A DNA stretch of 64,000 nt from a virus. Taxonomy: Duplodnaviria > Caudoviricetes. Of this stretch, positions 43,934 to 53,151 are shown in pieces. The stretch lies in IMG/VR virus record IMGVR_UViG_3300027845_000169, positions 1 through 64,000 of that record; one strand, 5' to 3'. Every line of letters starts with the position of its first letter. Positions within the stretch are counted from its first letter, which is position 1. The notes beneath the pieces were generated by a model, which did not search any database, was not told the DNA's origin, and saw only the letters and a list, made by a program, of their open reading frames with translations. A program made the position numbers and the translations under genes.

Positions 43934-43973
43934 AGGAATCCTTTATTCGTGCTGCTACTTAATAGTTTAAGTA

Positions 43974-44912
43974 TCAAGCAGTTTGCACGGTTTGTTGCCT
44001 TCCGGTGTCTTGGGTGTAATCTCTTTGTTCAGTCCAACCGCAAAAACACGCCTCAATAGTTCCTGTGGTAATAGATACACCGGGATTTGTTGCGTTAATA
44101 ACACGGAAAACTATCTGTTCGGTAACTACGATTGGCATATCATAGTGCCATTGGTCGGCTTTGGGTGTAATGGCGGACCATTGAAAGTTATTCCATTCTT
44201 GATATAGGCCACCATCAACCCATATTTGATAGAAAATACCAGCATTTGAAAGTGCTTCTGTATGGCCAAAAGAGGCGATATGGTAGTAATCTCCACGATT
44301 ACCTGCACTTATTGTTCTGCCCGTAGCAGCCGAGGTGGAAGTTGAAGTAACTGTATTACTACCAATAATACCGCCGGAGTTGGCTTTATTATTATTAGCC
44401 GCAGTAGGTGGAGCAGTCGCAGTTCCAGTAACCGAGCGAACATTTGGAGGTGGTGCTCGTCCAGTAAATGTAGTAGGAGTTGGTGAAAATTGACCGTTAG
44501 AAGCAATATCAGTCCAAGAATTAGAGCCTTGAATATCTGCTACATTCAAAACTACGGCATCAAGATATTGACCGGTAGCAAGATTGTATGAGGCACCGGT
44601 GGAGAAATCATACTTAGAGCGAAGAGTTACATTCGCTGAATTATATTTTGGAACTAAATGCCACGGATAATTGGAATAATTTACGCCGACTGAACGCTCA
44701 AGGAACTCAACTGCGGGTCTAACATCCCTTTTATATGTAGCAGGGTCAATTCCCGGCCTAAGAACTTGAGTTTGTTGTGTAGTAGTGGTGCTCACCGAAG
44801 AAATCGGTGGTGGGTAGGCATCAACCCCGTCTGCCGCTTGGGAATAGCCCGATTGTAGGGCTTTCTTACGATATGGACGCTTCAAATCACGAATGTTCTC
44901 GTTACCGCTCAT
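43974..44912 (-). CDS. Putative virion structural protein (beta-rich, Thr/Ser linker)
   Basis: In structural cluster; promoter 29 nt before ATG 44912. Confidence 0.6.
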   Translation of the reverse strand: MSGNENIRDLKRPYRKKALQSGYSQAADGVDAYPPPISSVSTTTTQQTQVLRPGIDPATYKRDVRPAVEFLERSVGVNYSNYPWHLVPKYNSANVTLRSKYDFSTGASYNLATGQYLDAVVLNVADIQGSNSWTDIASNGQFSPTPTTFTGRAPPPNVRSVTGTATAPPTAANNNKANSGGIIGSNTVTSTSTSAATGRTISAGNRGDYYHIASFGHTEALSNAGIFYQIWVDGGLYQEWNNFQWSAITPKADQWHYDMPIVVTEQIVFRVINATNPGVSITTGTIEACFCGWTEQRDYTQDTGRQQTVQTA

Positions 44913-44954
44913 AGTATTCACTTACCCTTCCCGCTACTTAAAGGATAACATTAC

Positions 44955-45800
44955 TCACCCAATATAGTCTTGCCGTGCCTTCTCCATATCCAAATATGCT
45001 TTGGAAACTGCAAGGTATTTTTGCCAAGTTTCAGTTTCAAGACCCTGTTGCTTCACTAATTGACGGCGAAACCACTCGGCATTATCCACATTTACAGGGA
45101 TTCCAAGTTTCAAAAGTTCTTCAGCGATTAAGGCATCACTTCCGCTAAAGAGCCAATACTGAACGAACACTTGAGCCAATTGAGGGCCTTCAAAACGCTG
45201 ACCGCCGGAAATAAAACCTTCTTTGGGGGCGATTCTTACATTAGTTGGAGCAGCCCCACCTCCCGGTGTATAGGTAGCCAAATTAGTCATGTAATTTTTA
45301 ATATCATTCATCATAGTATATCGCACATCCCATGTAACGAAAGGTTCAATATAAATGGGTGGATTGAGCATATAGTGAGAAGGTCTAATCCCTTCAGTTT
45401 CGGGGAACGGAGCCGCATTTCCGGATATTCCAATAGATGATACATTCTGTGGGTCTTGATAATATCCCGTAGTATCAACCCATATATTGACGAAACCATT
45501 AGGAATCCAACGAATAAGGACCACTTGACCGGTTGAAGTGATGTCCCAAGACACATTGTTACCCTCCGCCATCATAATTCCGGGAGTGCTACCGAAACGG
45601 TCAATAACTACGAAACTTCCATCTCGCACCATGTTAGATTCAGTTACATTGTTCCCATAACCACCTGTAAAGATAGAGAATGTTTCCCCTGCATCGGGTA
45701 ATAAATCATCCACAAACGGTGTTTGAGGGTTAAAAACGGTTTGACTATCATTCCATTCCACATAGAGTTGCCAATCATAAACTTGTTTAGTGATAGCCAT
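44955..45800 (-). CDS. Putative capsid-family protein (paralog 4)
   Basis: KQVYDW, SIFTGGYGNN, FVVID, PPIYIEP..TWDV, SGSDALIAEELLKLG shared with 58280-59574. Confidence 0.6.
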   Translation of the reverse strand: MAITKQVYDWQLYVEWNDSQTVFNPQTPFVDDLLPDAGETFSIFTGGYGNNVTESNMVRDGSFVVIDRFGSTPGIMMAEGNNVSWDITSTGQVVLIRWIPNGFVNIWVDTTGYYQDPQNVSSIGISGNAAPFPETEGIRPSHYMLNPPIYIEPFVTWDVRYTMMNDIKNYMTNLATYTPGGGAAPTNVRIAPKEGFISGGQRFEGPQLAQVFVQYWLFSGSDALIAEELLKLGIPVNVDNAEWFRRQLVKQQGLETETWQKYLAVSKAYLDMEKARQDYIG

Positions 45801-45864
45801 TATATCATCCTCCAAAGTAATTTCAAAAAGTTAGGGATGAGGGACTTACCCGCTTCAGCAATCA

Positions 45865-46644
45865 TTAATCCACTCTCCTTGGTCCAGTTGGCATACGAGC
45901 CATCTTCTCTTGGAAAACTTCGTGGCGAATTAACATTCGGCGGTAACCGTTGATGTTGGTTACTGTAATTGGAAATCCATTTTTAAGTAATTTCATAGCA
46001 ATAGCCGCATCTGCTCCATCTAACAATAAGTATTTGACATAGCAATAAGAAACTTGTGCGTCATTATAAATGGTATTGTCTTGGTCTTCCTTTGGATTGG
46101 TATAAATGATGTCCCAAACTTGGCCGGGAAGAATATAAACAGGCGTTGGTAATCCATTCTTAAATGCTTCAAAAGTATAGATTGGTTGAACTTCTTGTAA
46201 TTCTTTGGGAGCGTCTGTAACTGCTTGTAAGTTATGGTCGGGGAACGGAACTGCTGCACTCGGCAAACCTTTTGAGGGGCGACCATCCGGAGTTTGGAAG
46301 TAATAAGTTTCATTCACTCGGATTTGAATAAATGCGTCTTGATTAGGTGATTCACCAATTCTTGCTGATTGACCGTCCCATCCGCTGATACTGTCTATAA
46401 CTATAAATTGTGCGGCACGAAGGGATGCGGGAATATCAAGATTATTTCCACGGCCGCCTGTGAATATACTCATCCCATCTTTAGGTAATCGGACAGAAAA
46501 GATTGGATTATTGAAGGCACCGGCTGACGCTCCAAAGTTCGGAGGTGTTAAAACGGGGTGACCTTGTGTGGAAGTAAAACCAGCATCATATTGTTGCTCG
46601 GTAATTAAATTGCGCCACTCATAGGCTTGACGGCGGATACCCAT
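45865..46644 (-). CDS. Putative capsid-family protein (paralog 3)
   Basis: RQAYEW, SIFTGGRGNN, QIRVNETYYF, VYILPGQVWD, KYLLLDGADA. Confidence 0.6.
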   Translation of the reverse strand: MGIRRQAYEWRNLITEQQYDAGFTSTQGHPVLTPPNFGASAGAFNNPIFSVRLPKDGMSIFTGGRGNNLDIPASLRAAQFIVIDSISGWDGQSARIGESPNQDAFIQIRVNETYYFQTPDGRPSKGLPSAAVPFPDHNLQAVTDAPKELQEVQPIYTFEAFKNGLPTPVYILPGQVWDIIYTNPKEDQDNTIYNDAQVSYCYVKYLLLDGADAAIAMKLLKNGFPITVTNINGYRRMLIRHEVFQEKMARMPTGPRRVD

Positions 46645-46684
46645 ACCATACAGTTAGTGATACCGCTACTTAAGGGTTCACGCT

Positions 46685-47131
46685 TTAACGGCAAGCAACT
46701 TTTTGAATTGCCAACTCACCAATTAAGGTAATTTTGACTTTTCGTGTTTGACCAGCCGTAACTTCTGCATTGTTAGTTACAGTTATTTGAAGTGGTTGTT
46801 GGAAAAGACAAAGAATCGGGCATGAGAATGCAAGAACTTGTCCTCCGTTAGCAAGGTTAGTTTGTAACCATGAAATATCAAATGAATTGGAAGGAACATA
46901 GTTTGGTCCGACACCAATTGCTAAGTTGAAGTCAATTAAACTTGTCGCTGATGCGCCAGTTGCGTCATCAAGGATTTGGACTGCTACTGCATAGAGTCTA
47001 ACTTCTTCGTTGTTTGCTTGATTAGTGAAGATAGAAACTACATTGGATGTGTTAGCCGAAATCGCACCTAAAGTTGCATCAAAAGTGTGAGAGGTAGTGT
47101 AAATCTCCGGTTGTGGGTCTTGGTTTGCCAT
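46685..47131 (-). CDS. Small beta-rich protein (possible penton/minor capsid)
   Basis: Alternating hydrophobic strands, LQITVTN...VKITLIG; position in structural cluster. Confidence 0.5.
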   Translation of the reverse strand: MANQDPQPEIYTTSHTFDATLGAISANTSNVVSIFTNQANNEEVRLYAVAVQILDDATGASATSLIDFNLAIGVGPNYVPSNSFDISWLQTNLANGGQVLAFSCPILCLFQQPLQITVTNNAEVTAGQTRKVKITLIGELAIQKVACR

Positions 47132-47187
47132 TCTCGTTCACCTGTTATGCCTACTACTTCTCCGTCTTGCTACTTAAAGTATTCCCT

Positions 47188-47502
47188 TCATTCAAGGGGG
47201 AATGAAGACTCCCACTTATTATCCATTTTTGTGGCCTTTCTGCGGCGCAGCCACACAAATACCAAAAACAAAAAGAGGCCATCCAATAGAAACGCCCAAG
47301 GCCCTAAAGCCTCAAGGTCACTAAGCATGGCTTCCGAGAGAATGATAGGGTGAAGGGTGTTTTCCCGCACAACCATAGCCGTAAGCCATGTCGCACTCAT
47401 GAATAACACTAAGAGGACAGCAGCCCATTTATTGTGCCATTTTAGGGACATACCACTACTATTGACATTCTTGATATTTAATGGAATCGCCCTATTGCTC
47501 AT
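47188..47502 (-). CDS. Small membrane protein
   Basis: Two hydrophobic helices. Confidence 0.6.
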   Translation of the reverse strand: MSNRAIPLNIKNVNSSGMSLKWHNKWAAVLLVLFMSATWLTAMVVRENTLHPIILSEAMLSDLEALGPWAFLLDGLFLFLVFVWLRRRKATKMDNKWESSFPLE

Positions 47503-47990
47503 TCGTGTCTTACACTACCGAATAAGTCATCTTCGGTGTATTCCGCTGGCGGTGCTTCCACTTTGGGTTCGGGAGGAACTATCTCTTGTCCTTTGACTTC
47601 AATGTATTGTCTAAACAATCCATAAAGTTTAGGAGCCATGTCTTCCATTTCCTCTTCCAAGGAGTTACCCCTCTTTTCGGCTTCGTGTATGACATAAGTT
47701 TGCATCATACTAATTGTTTTGACGGCTCGGTAAAAATCGGGTGTGAAAACGGTCCGATAAGTTTTGGAAATAGAGTCTGCGGAGCGTTGGGCTAAGATAG
47801 CAAGAATTACTGCCGCTAAGTTAGTGGAGGCTATAAATCCTAACAATTGCCAATTACGCCATTCAGTAGGGCTTAGGGTAAGAGCAATAATTTGAATGAT
47901 GGCCCAAACACCTACGGCTAATCCAATCATTTGACGAGCCGTTACAAACTCACCCATAACTAAGGCGGACATTTCATCTTCTTTCGTCAT
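47499..47990 (-). CDS. Membrane protein
   Basis: Two N-terminal TM helices. Confidence 0.6.
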   Translation of the reverse strand: MTKEDEMSALVMGEFVTARQMIGLAVGVWAIIQIIALTLSPTEWRNWQLLGFIASTNLAAVILAILAQRSADSISKTYRTVFTPDFYRAVKTISMMQTYVIHEAEKRGNSLEEEMEDMAPKLYGLFRQYIEVKGQEIVPPEPKVEAPPAEYTEDDLFGSVRHE

Positions 47991-48475
47991 ACTGCCACCC
48001 CTATGATTAAATACTCTTCGCCTTCAACCTCATGATTTCCGGTGATTCGGTAACCATATTCTTTTAACATTTGTCCCACCTTCTTCTCCCATCTTCGTCC
48101 TTTATCTAATAGAAAAATGGTATCTCGGAATATCCCTTGATTGGCTAACATGATGAAATCCTCAATATGATACAAAGTCATGGTGTGTCTGCCTACTTGA
48201 AACTTCTCAAAGTCATAGTCAATAGTATTCTCTTCTAACTGCCGAGTAAAGAAGTCATCACCCATTTGCTGACGGATGGCAACTGATACATCGTCACCAG
48301 CCCTCAAAGTTTCACTAAATATCAACCATTCTCTTTCAATAATAGAATCCCAGCGTTGTTTTTGAGAATCATATTCGGCACCTAAAGTTTGCCTTCTTGA
48401 AGCCCAATACTGCTCACGCCTTGCAGCAAGATAATCGCTCCAAAGGATTTCTTTATTCATCTCGCTATCGCTCAC
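47987..48475 (-). CDS. Hypothetical protein
   Basis: TCAAGTAG 29 nt before GTG start. Confidence 0.6.
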   Translation of the reverse strand: MSDSEMNKEILWSDYLAARREQYWASRRQTLGAEYDSQKQRWDSIIEREWLIFSETLRAGDDVSVAIRQQMGDDFFTRQLEENTIDYDFEKFQVGRHTMTLYHIEDFIMLANQGIFRDTIFLLDKGRRWEKKVGQMLKEYGYRITGNHEVEGEEYLIIGVAV

Positions 48476-48512
48476 TCTAAAGGATAGCAGGTGCGACTAC
48501 TTGAAAGTTCAC

Positions 48513-48761
48513 TTACAGGGCTGATTTTGCGCCCATTTGCCTTTCTGCGGCTTCAACTAAAAACCCACTTACAATACTGGCCGTAAGAACGACAGCAGCC
48601 ATGATAGCCAACTCTTTAGCATCGGGCAAAGTTTTGAAAGCATCCATAAAAGTTTGGCGAGTAGCCTTACTTTCTGCCATTGAGTAATGGATAATGGATT
48701 CAGTCATAAAGACGGCAAACACAATTCCAGTAACGACTATCTGTTTATATTGCAGTTTCAT
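48513..48761 (-). CDS. Small membrane protein
   Basis: Two TM helices. Confidence 0.6.
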   Translation of the reverse strand: MKLQYKQIVVTGIVFAVFMTESIIHYSMAESKATRQTFMDAFKTLPDAKELAIMAAVVLTASIVSGFLVEAAERQMGAKSAL

Positions 48762-49060
48762 ACGCCACCATTCTCCATTTTCAGCAAACCTTCATAAAAA
48801 GCAATCCCTACAATAACTACGGGAATACCCATTAATATCCTATCGGTGGCGGAAAATGCGTCTTTAGGCCAGCCATGACGAGCGTATGTCCTCATTACAT
48901 TAACCATCATAGAACCAAAGAATGCAGCAGAACCAACGGCTGGAATTAGAACTCCAACCCAAGCATCACGGGCTGCTTCTTCTTGAGCGGTATTATCAGC
49001 AGCAAACTTTTGCTTGATGACTTTCTGCTCATCTTTCGTATGTGTGGTTTTCTTAGCCAA
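48758..49060 (-). CDS. Small membrane protein
   Basis: Two TM helices. Confidence 0.6.
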   Translation of the reverse strand: MAKKTTHTKDEQKVIKQKFAADNTAQEEAARDAWVGVLIPAVGSAAFFGSMMVNVMRTYARHGWPKDAFSATDRILMGIPVVIVGIAFYEGLLKMENGGV

Positions 49061-49064
49061 GGTA

Positions 49065-49502
49065 TCACCCTTTTATCTTTTCATAAATAGATGCGACTCC
49101 AATGAATGCAAAAGAAGCCATAATAACTGGAACTGCAATGTCGCCCAATGTGTTATAACTGTCTGTAACCATATCAGCGTGTCCCATTGTTCCATATTGG
49201 GGTGCCTCACCCTCTTCGCCTTCTTCATGTTCGGCTTGATACTGGGGTGGTAACTCATTTTTAGGCACAACTGCGGTAACTTGGTCCGGCTCTTGTGCTT
49301 CACGGCATCCATAAACATTCCATAGCGGATTACAAACTCTTTCTTCACCAATGCGGCGAGCGGTTGAACCCGGCATTGAATAGAATAAATAATACCAATC
49401 TTGAGGGTCTGCTCCACTTGAAGGTAAGATTTGATTCGGAGCAAAATTATTTGTTCCGCTAATCGGAGCAATAGTATCGTAACCTAACCAATTTGTTCCC
49501 AT
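49065..49502 (-). CDS. C-terminally anchored membrane protein
   Basis: C-terminal TM helix; YQAE motif. Confidence 0.6.
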   Translation of the reverse strand: MGTNWLGYDTIAPISGTNNFAPNQILPSSGADPQDWYYLFYSMPGSTARRIGEERVCNPLWNVYGCREAQEPDQVTAVVPKNELPPQYQAEHEEGEEGEAPQYGTMGHADMVTDSYNTLGDIAVPVIMASFAFIGVASIYEKIKG

Positions 49503-49506
49503 CTAA

Positions 49507-49962
49507 TCAACCAAACCTTTTCATGATAAATGCGCCAGCCATTGCGGAAACACCCACAGTAGCGACTACGGTGCCGAGAACTTTAGCATATTGCATAGAT
49601 TCAAGACCCTGACTTCTCCCCTTAGTTTGAGAAGATGAAGAAGATGATGACGAACTTGGACCTCCATTGACGAAGGCTGAACCGGAAACATCTTGAGTTC
49701 CGGAACCTGCGGCACCGGGAGCCACATAGGGAAGACCTGCTTCTCCATAAGGTTGGTAGGCTTGGCCATCTTGATTAAGTGTAGTTAGCGTTGGCACCCA
49801 TGCTATCCATGAAGCGGATGATTGGGCTTTGGAGATAGGTTGGCCGTCCGAAGTATAGCCAATAATCTCTTGTTTGGCTCCGGATGCAGTATTTACATAA
49901 CATCGGCGATTGTATAAATCTCCGGGGTCGCAAGTAATGTTGTAACCGGGTGGTGTTGCCAT
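49507..49962 (-). CDS. C-terminally anchored membrane protein with Ser-rich linker
   Basis: Poly-Ser then TM helix; TTAAGTAG 29 nt upstream. Confidence 0.6.
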   Translation of the reverse strand: MATPPGYNITCDPGDLYNRRCYVNTASGAKQEIIGYTSDGQPISKAQSSASWIAWVPTLTTLNQDGQAYQPYGEAGLPYVAPGAAGSGTQDVSGSAFVNGGPSSSSSSSSSQTKGRSQGLESMQYAKVLGTVVATVGVSAMAGAFIMKRFG

Positions 49963-50007
49963 ACCTAACTTTTGTCAATGCGACTACTTAATGGCTATGC
50001 GTGTATC

Positions 50008-50235
50008 TTACATAGAATGGCCAGCAGAAGGCGATATGATGTCCCCTATATCTTTATGCTTCCAGTATAAAATACCCATTCCCATAATGAATGGGAAGAC
50101 AATGTTCATGAATTGACGGTCCGGAAAGATGTAAGCATCTTCAAACTCTTGAATAGATGAAAAGATACTGGCGGCTGCAATAACAAACAGGACACCCGTT
50201 AGAGTATCTTTGGTTTGACTACTAACCATTTGCAT
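50008..50235 (-). CDS. Small membrane protein
   Basis: Two TM helices. Confidence 0.55.
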   Translation of the reverse strand: MQMVSSQTKDTLTGVLFVIAAASIFSSIQEFEDAYIFPDRQFMNIVFPFIMGMGILYWKHKDIGDIISPSAGHSM

Positions 50236-50242
50236 TCCCCGC

Positions 50243-51958
50243 TCACTCGTCACCGAGTTGGCGGAAAAGGTCGGAAATCTTGTCGCTATACTTGTATGCT
50301 GCAATCAATCCTACTACTAATCCTACACCGGCTGCCATACTGATACCGCTACCGTCTGCCTCAAAAGAGTCGGAAGGTCCAGCAGGTGGACCACCTTCGC
50401 CGGATGGGGCTTCAGTTAGTGGGTCGTAATCTAATGGGGATGGGCCGTCTTCGGCTTCATATTCATCATGTCCGCCGCAACTTGCTTCAAAACATTCTGC
50501 ACAATACAAATCTTCGGCATTACTAATGAACTCCGCTGAAAAAGCACCTGCGTCTGCATCTGCTTCGGACCAGCCAAAGTTTGCATCGGGTCCACCTTCA
50601 CCAGATGGAGATGCAGTTAGTGGGTCATAATCTAATGGATGTGATTCCATAGGGGCTGAACTTTCTTCTGCTCCGAACTCAAGGTCATAGCCCTTGCGTG
50701 TTTTCTTGGAAAGTTTCTTCTCAATTTCCCTAATTGCTCCGGATTCGGAACTCATTGCAGGGCCATACCAAGTGCGAGCACCGTAGCCAATTCTTCCATA
50801 AGCGTTAGCGGGCATAAACATACCGTTGTCTAACTTTAGAACTGTGAATAAATGATATTTGTTAGTGGAAACTCCTTCTTTCATAGTGTAGTATTTAGGG
50901 CCGAAAGCAATAAAGTTACCACGAGCAAGAGTGTAAGGTGTTCCGTTGATAAGTGCGGCCATGCCCTTGTTCACATCTCCGGGTCCGGATTGATAAACAG
51001 CCATTGCCTCAAAGTGGTCCGATGGTGCGGATTCATCCAAATGAGGTCCCGGTGTTTCGCTTAGTGGGTCATAATCATGTGCGGTTGCATCTTCAGCGTG
51101 AAGTGGTGTATAGTTAGCGTCAGCAGTTTGGCTACCGATAACATGACCGGAACCTGCTGGGAAAGTTGAAGGGTCAGCCACAACTGGCTCACCTTCTTCG
51201 GCGTAGTATTGTGTAACGCCGTGTCCGAGTGGAGCCTCAACGACTACACTTTCAACACCGTCAAAGTCTTCTAAGGAGGCGAGGTCGCCACCAAATGCTT
51301 CTGCGGAAAAAGAGGCTGCTGGTCCGCCGTCATCCATTGGAGTTTCAGCAGTTGGGTCATAGGCCATAGGCTCGGAGCCTTGTGGAGAGTCTGCGGTTGC
51401 ACTAACTGATGATTGCTCAACAACGGAGGGAGCGATTGTTTCACCGCTTTCCTCGGTGTAAGCGTTATCAACTTCGGGTTGTTCAACATCTGCTTGTTCT
51501 TCAATATCGGTTACTTCGGTTGGAGTTTCAACTCCGTCACCTTCGGCACCCATCTTAGCGAGTTTGGCCATCTTTTTCTTACCGTATTTCTTCATACCGA
51601 TAACTGCGGCAGTAGCGTCACCAATCTTTTCTGCTTCTTCCGGTGACTTACCCTTTTTCTCGTATTCTTCGGCAATATCGTCCGAAAGGTTATCAAATCT
51701 TTTTCCGGAACCAAGTTTTGGTTCTGCATCAAGAACGATGGTGTTATTTTTGGTTGCTGCGGTTACTCCGGCAGACTTCATAGAATCGTGAACGGCCTTG
51801 CTACACATAGATGTGCAATTGTATTTCTTGCCACTATCCATGTAGTGACCCTTAATTTGATATTTGCTCCCTTTGCTGGTAACCATGTGGGTTACTCCAT
51901 CAACGGTTGCATCAACCTTTCTCTTAAGTCCAACGCAATACATATTGTGTGTTGCCAT
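50243..51958 (-). CDS. Mosaic acidic protein with WGR-like domain, YDP repeats and C-terminal TM anchor
   Basis: NKYH...AYGRIG...KKTRKGY (WGR-like); four YDP[LT] repeats; many xAE delimiters. Confidence 0.7.
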   Translation of the reverse strand: MATHNMYCVGLKRKVDATVDGVTHMVTSKGSKYQIKGHYMDSGKKYNCTSMCSKAVHDSMKSAGVTAATKNNTIVLDAEPKLGSGKRFDNLSDDIAEEYEKKGKSPEEAEKIGDATAAVIGMKKYGKKKMAKLAKMGAEGDGVETPTEVTDIEEQADVEQPEVDNAYTEESGETIAPSVVEQSSVSATADSPQGSEPMAYDPTAETPMDDGGPAASFSAEAFGGDLASLEDFDGVESVVVEAPLGHGVTQYYAEEGEPVVADPSTFPAGSGHVIGSQTADANYTPLHAEDATAHDYDPLSETPGPHLDESAPSDHFEAMAVYQSGPGDVNKGMAALINGTPYTLARGNFIAFGPKYYTMKEGVSTNKYHLFTVLKLDNGMFMPANAYGRIGYGARTWYGPAMSSESGAIREIEKKLSKKTRKGYDLEFGAEESSAPMESHPLDYDPLTASPSGEGGPDANFGWSEADADAGAFSAEFISNAEDLYCAECFEASCGGHDEYEAEDGPSPLDYDPLTEAPSGEGGPPAGPSDSFEADGSGISMAAGVGLVVGLIAAYKYSDKISDLFRQLGDE

Positions 51959-52006
51959 GACTTCTATTTGGACCTTCCACTACTTAATGGTTGCCAACCT
52001 ACCTTA

Positions 52007-52612
52007 TTAGAATGGTGAGGATGGGGTCTTGTTATTTCGGCGATAAAAGACAGGTTGTTGTCCTATTGCAGCACCGTAAGCATTTGAAGTGGAACCGAAT
52101 CCTCCGAAATCAACAGGTCCGGGAGTTGCAGTATGAAGTTTCCAATCGGAAGTATCTCCAAGTAAATCAAATTGTTGTCTTGGTTTCGCAGCCGCAGCAG
52201 CCTGTTGTTTGGCTTGCACGGCTTCCGCTTCCTTAACTTCCATTTCTTCTTCCATTTCTTGAACAAAGTTTTCGGCTTCGGAAACTAAGGATTCGTATTT
52301 ACCGATTTCATCTTGGGCCTTAACACCACGAGATACACGGCCAAGGCCAAACGATAATGGAATCCAACCAAAAGCAACACTTACAAACTTTCCATAATCA
52401 GTTCCCGATTCATCGGGTTGAAAGATTTTGCCTTCGTATTTGATACGGTCTAACATACGGACGGCTAAGACACCACCGCCAACTAATAAGGCTGCAAGTG
52501 TAATGTTGTTGCCTGTGGTTTCAGCAGCCAATGGTGAAGGCAAAGCCTCGGCTTCTGCATCTTCTTCACCTGCAAGAACTCTATTTCGCAGTTCTGTAAA
52601 ATCAACTAACAT
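52007..52612 (-). CDS. Membrane protein with coiled coil
   Basis: Two hydrophobic segments and an Ala/Glu-rich helix. Confidence 0.6.
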   Translation of the reverse strand: MLVDFTELRNRVLAGEEDAEAEALPSPLAAETTGNNITLAALLVGGGVLAVRMLDRIKYEGKIFQPDESGTDYGKFVSVAFGWIPLSFGLGRVSRGVKAQDEIGKYESLVSEAENFVQEMEEEMEVKEAEAVQAKQQAAAAAKPRQQFDLLGDTSDWKLHTATPGPVDFGGFGSTSNAYGAAIGQQPVFYRRNNKTPSSPF

Positions 52613-52631
52613 TTATCTTTCACTCCGTATC

Positions 52632-52994
52632 TCAATTAAGCCCAACTGTTCTTCCGTTAAAGTTTTGGCCAAAGGATACGACAGTTGCACGATTTACATA
52701 CGCTGCCATTGCTGGATTGTTCACATTACCGTTCATACCCGTAGCATCACTAACTCCATAGTTAGTCATGTTTTGACCTACTGCTTGTCCTCCCAACAAT
52801 TGAACATCCGTCATCACTTGTGATACGGACCCTTCATTTCTTTTTATGGCAGAAGTTGGCGGAGCATCAGTCGCTATGAAGTCAGCACGATACTCGGCAG
52901 ACTTAGAAGCCATGAATGAATCTAACCAACCAAGTTTCCAAGCGGCAACGCCGACTACTACGCCGACAACAACGGAACTAAGTGCAATCTTCAT
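52632..52994 (-). CDS. N-terminally anchored small protein
   Basis: N-terminal TM helix followed by KSAE and YRAD; promoter 29 nt upstream. Confidence 0.6.
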   Translation of the reverse strand: MKIALSSVVVGVVVGVAAWKLGWLDSFMASKSAEYRADFIATDAPPTSAIKRNEGSVSQVMTDVQLLGGQAVGQNMTNYGVSDATGMNGNVNNPAMAAYVNRATVVSFGQNFNGRTVGLN

Positions 52995-52999
52995 ATCGT

Positions 53000-53146
53000 T
53001 TAGTTACCTGTGCGACTACTTAAAACCACGCCCGCAAGCCCAGATAAGGCAGCCGCCGCAACTACAAGAGAAACGGAAAACAAGAAGGCACCACCGGCCA
53101 ACTTAAATCCAGTTTTTACAGGTTGTTCTATTACTATTTTAGTCAT
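53000..53146 (-). CDS. Small membrane protein (48 aa, not in ORF track)
   Basis: MTKIVIEQPVKTGFKLAGGAFLFSVSLVVAAAALSGLAGVVLSSRTGN; GGAGTGA upstream. Confidence 0.5.
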   Translation of the reverse strand: MTKIVIEQPVKTGFKLAGGAFLFSVSLVVAAAALSGLAGVVLSSRTGN

Positions 53147-53151
53147 TTATA

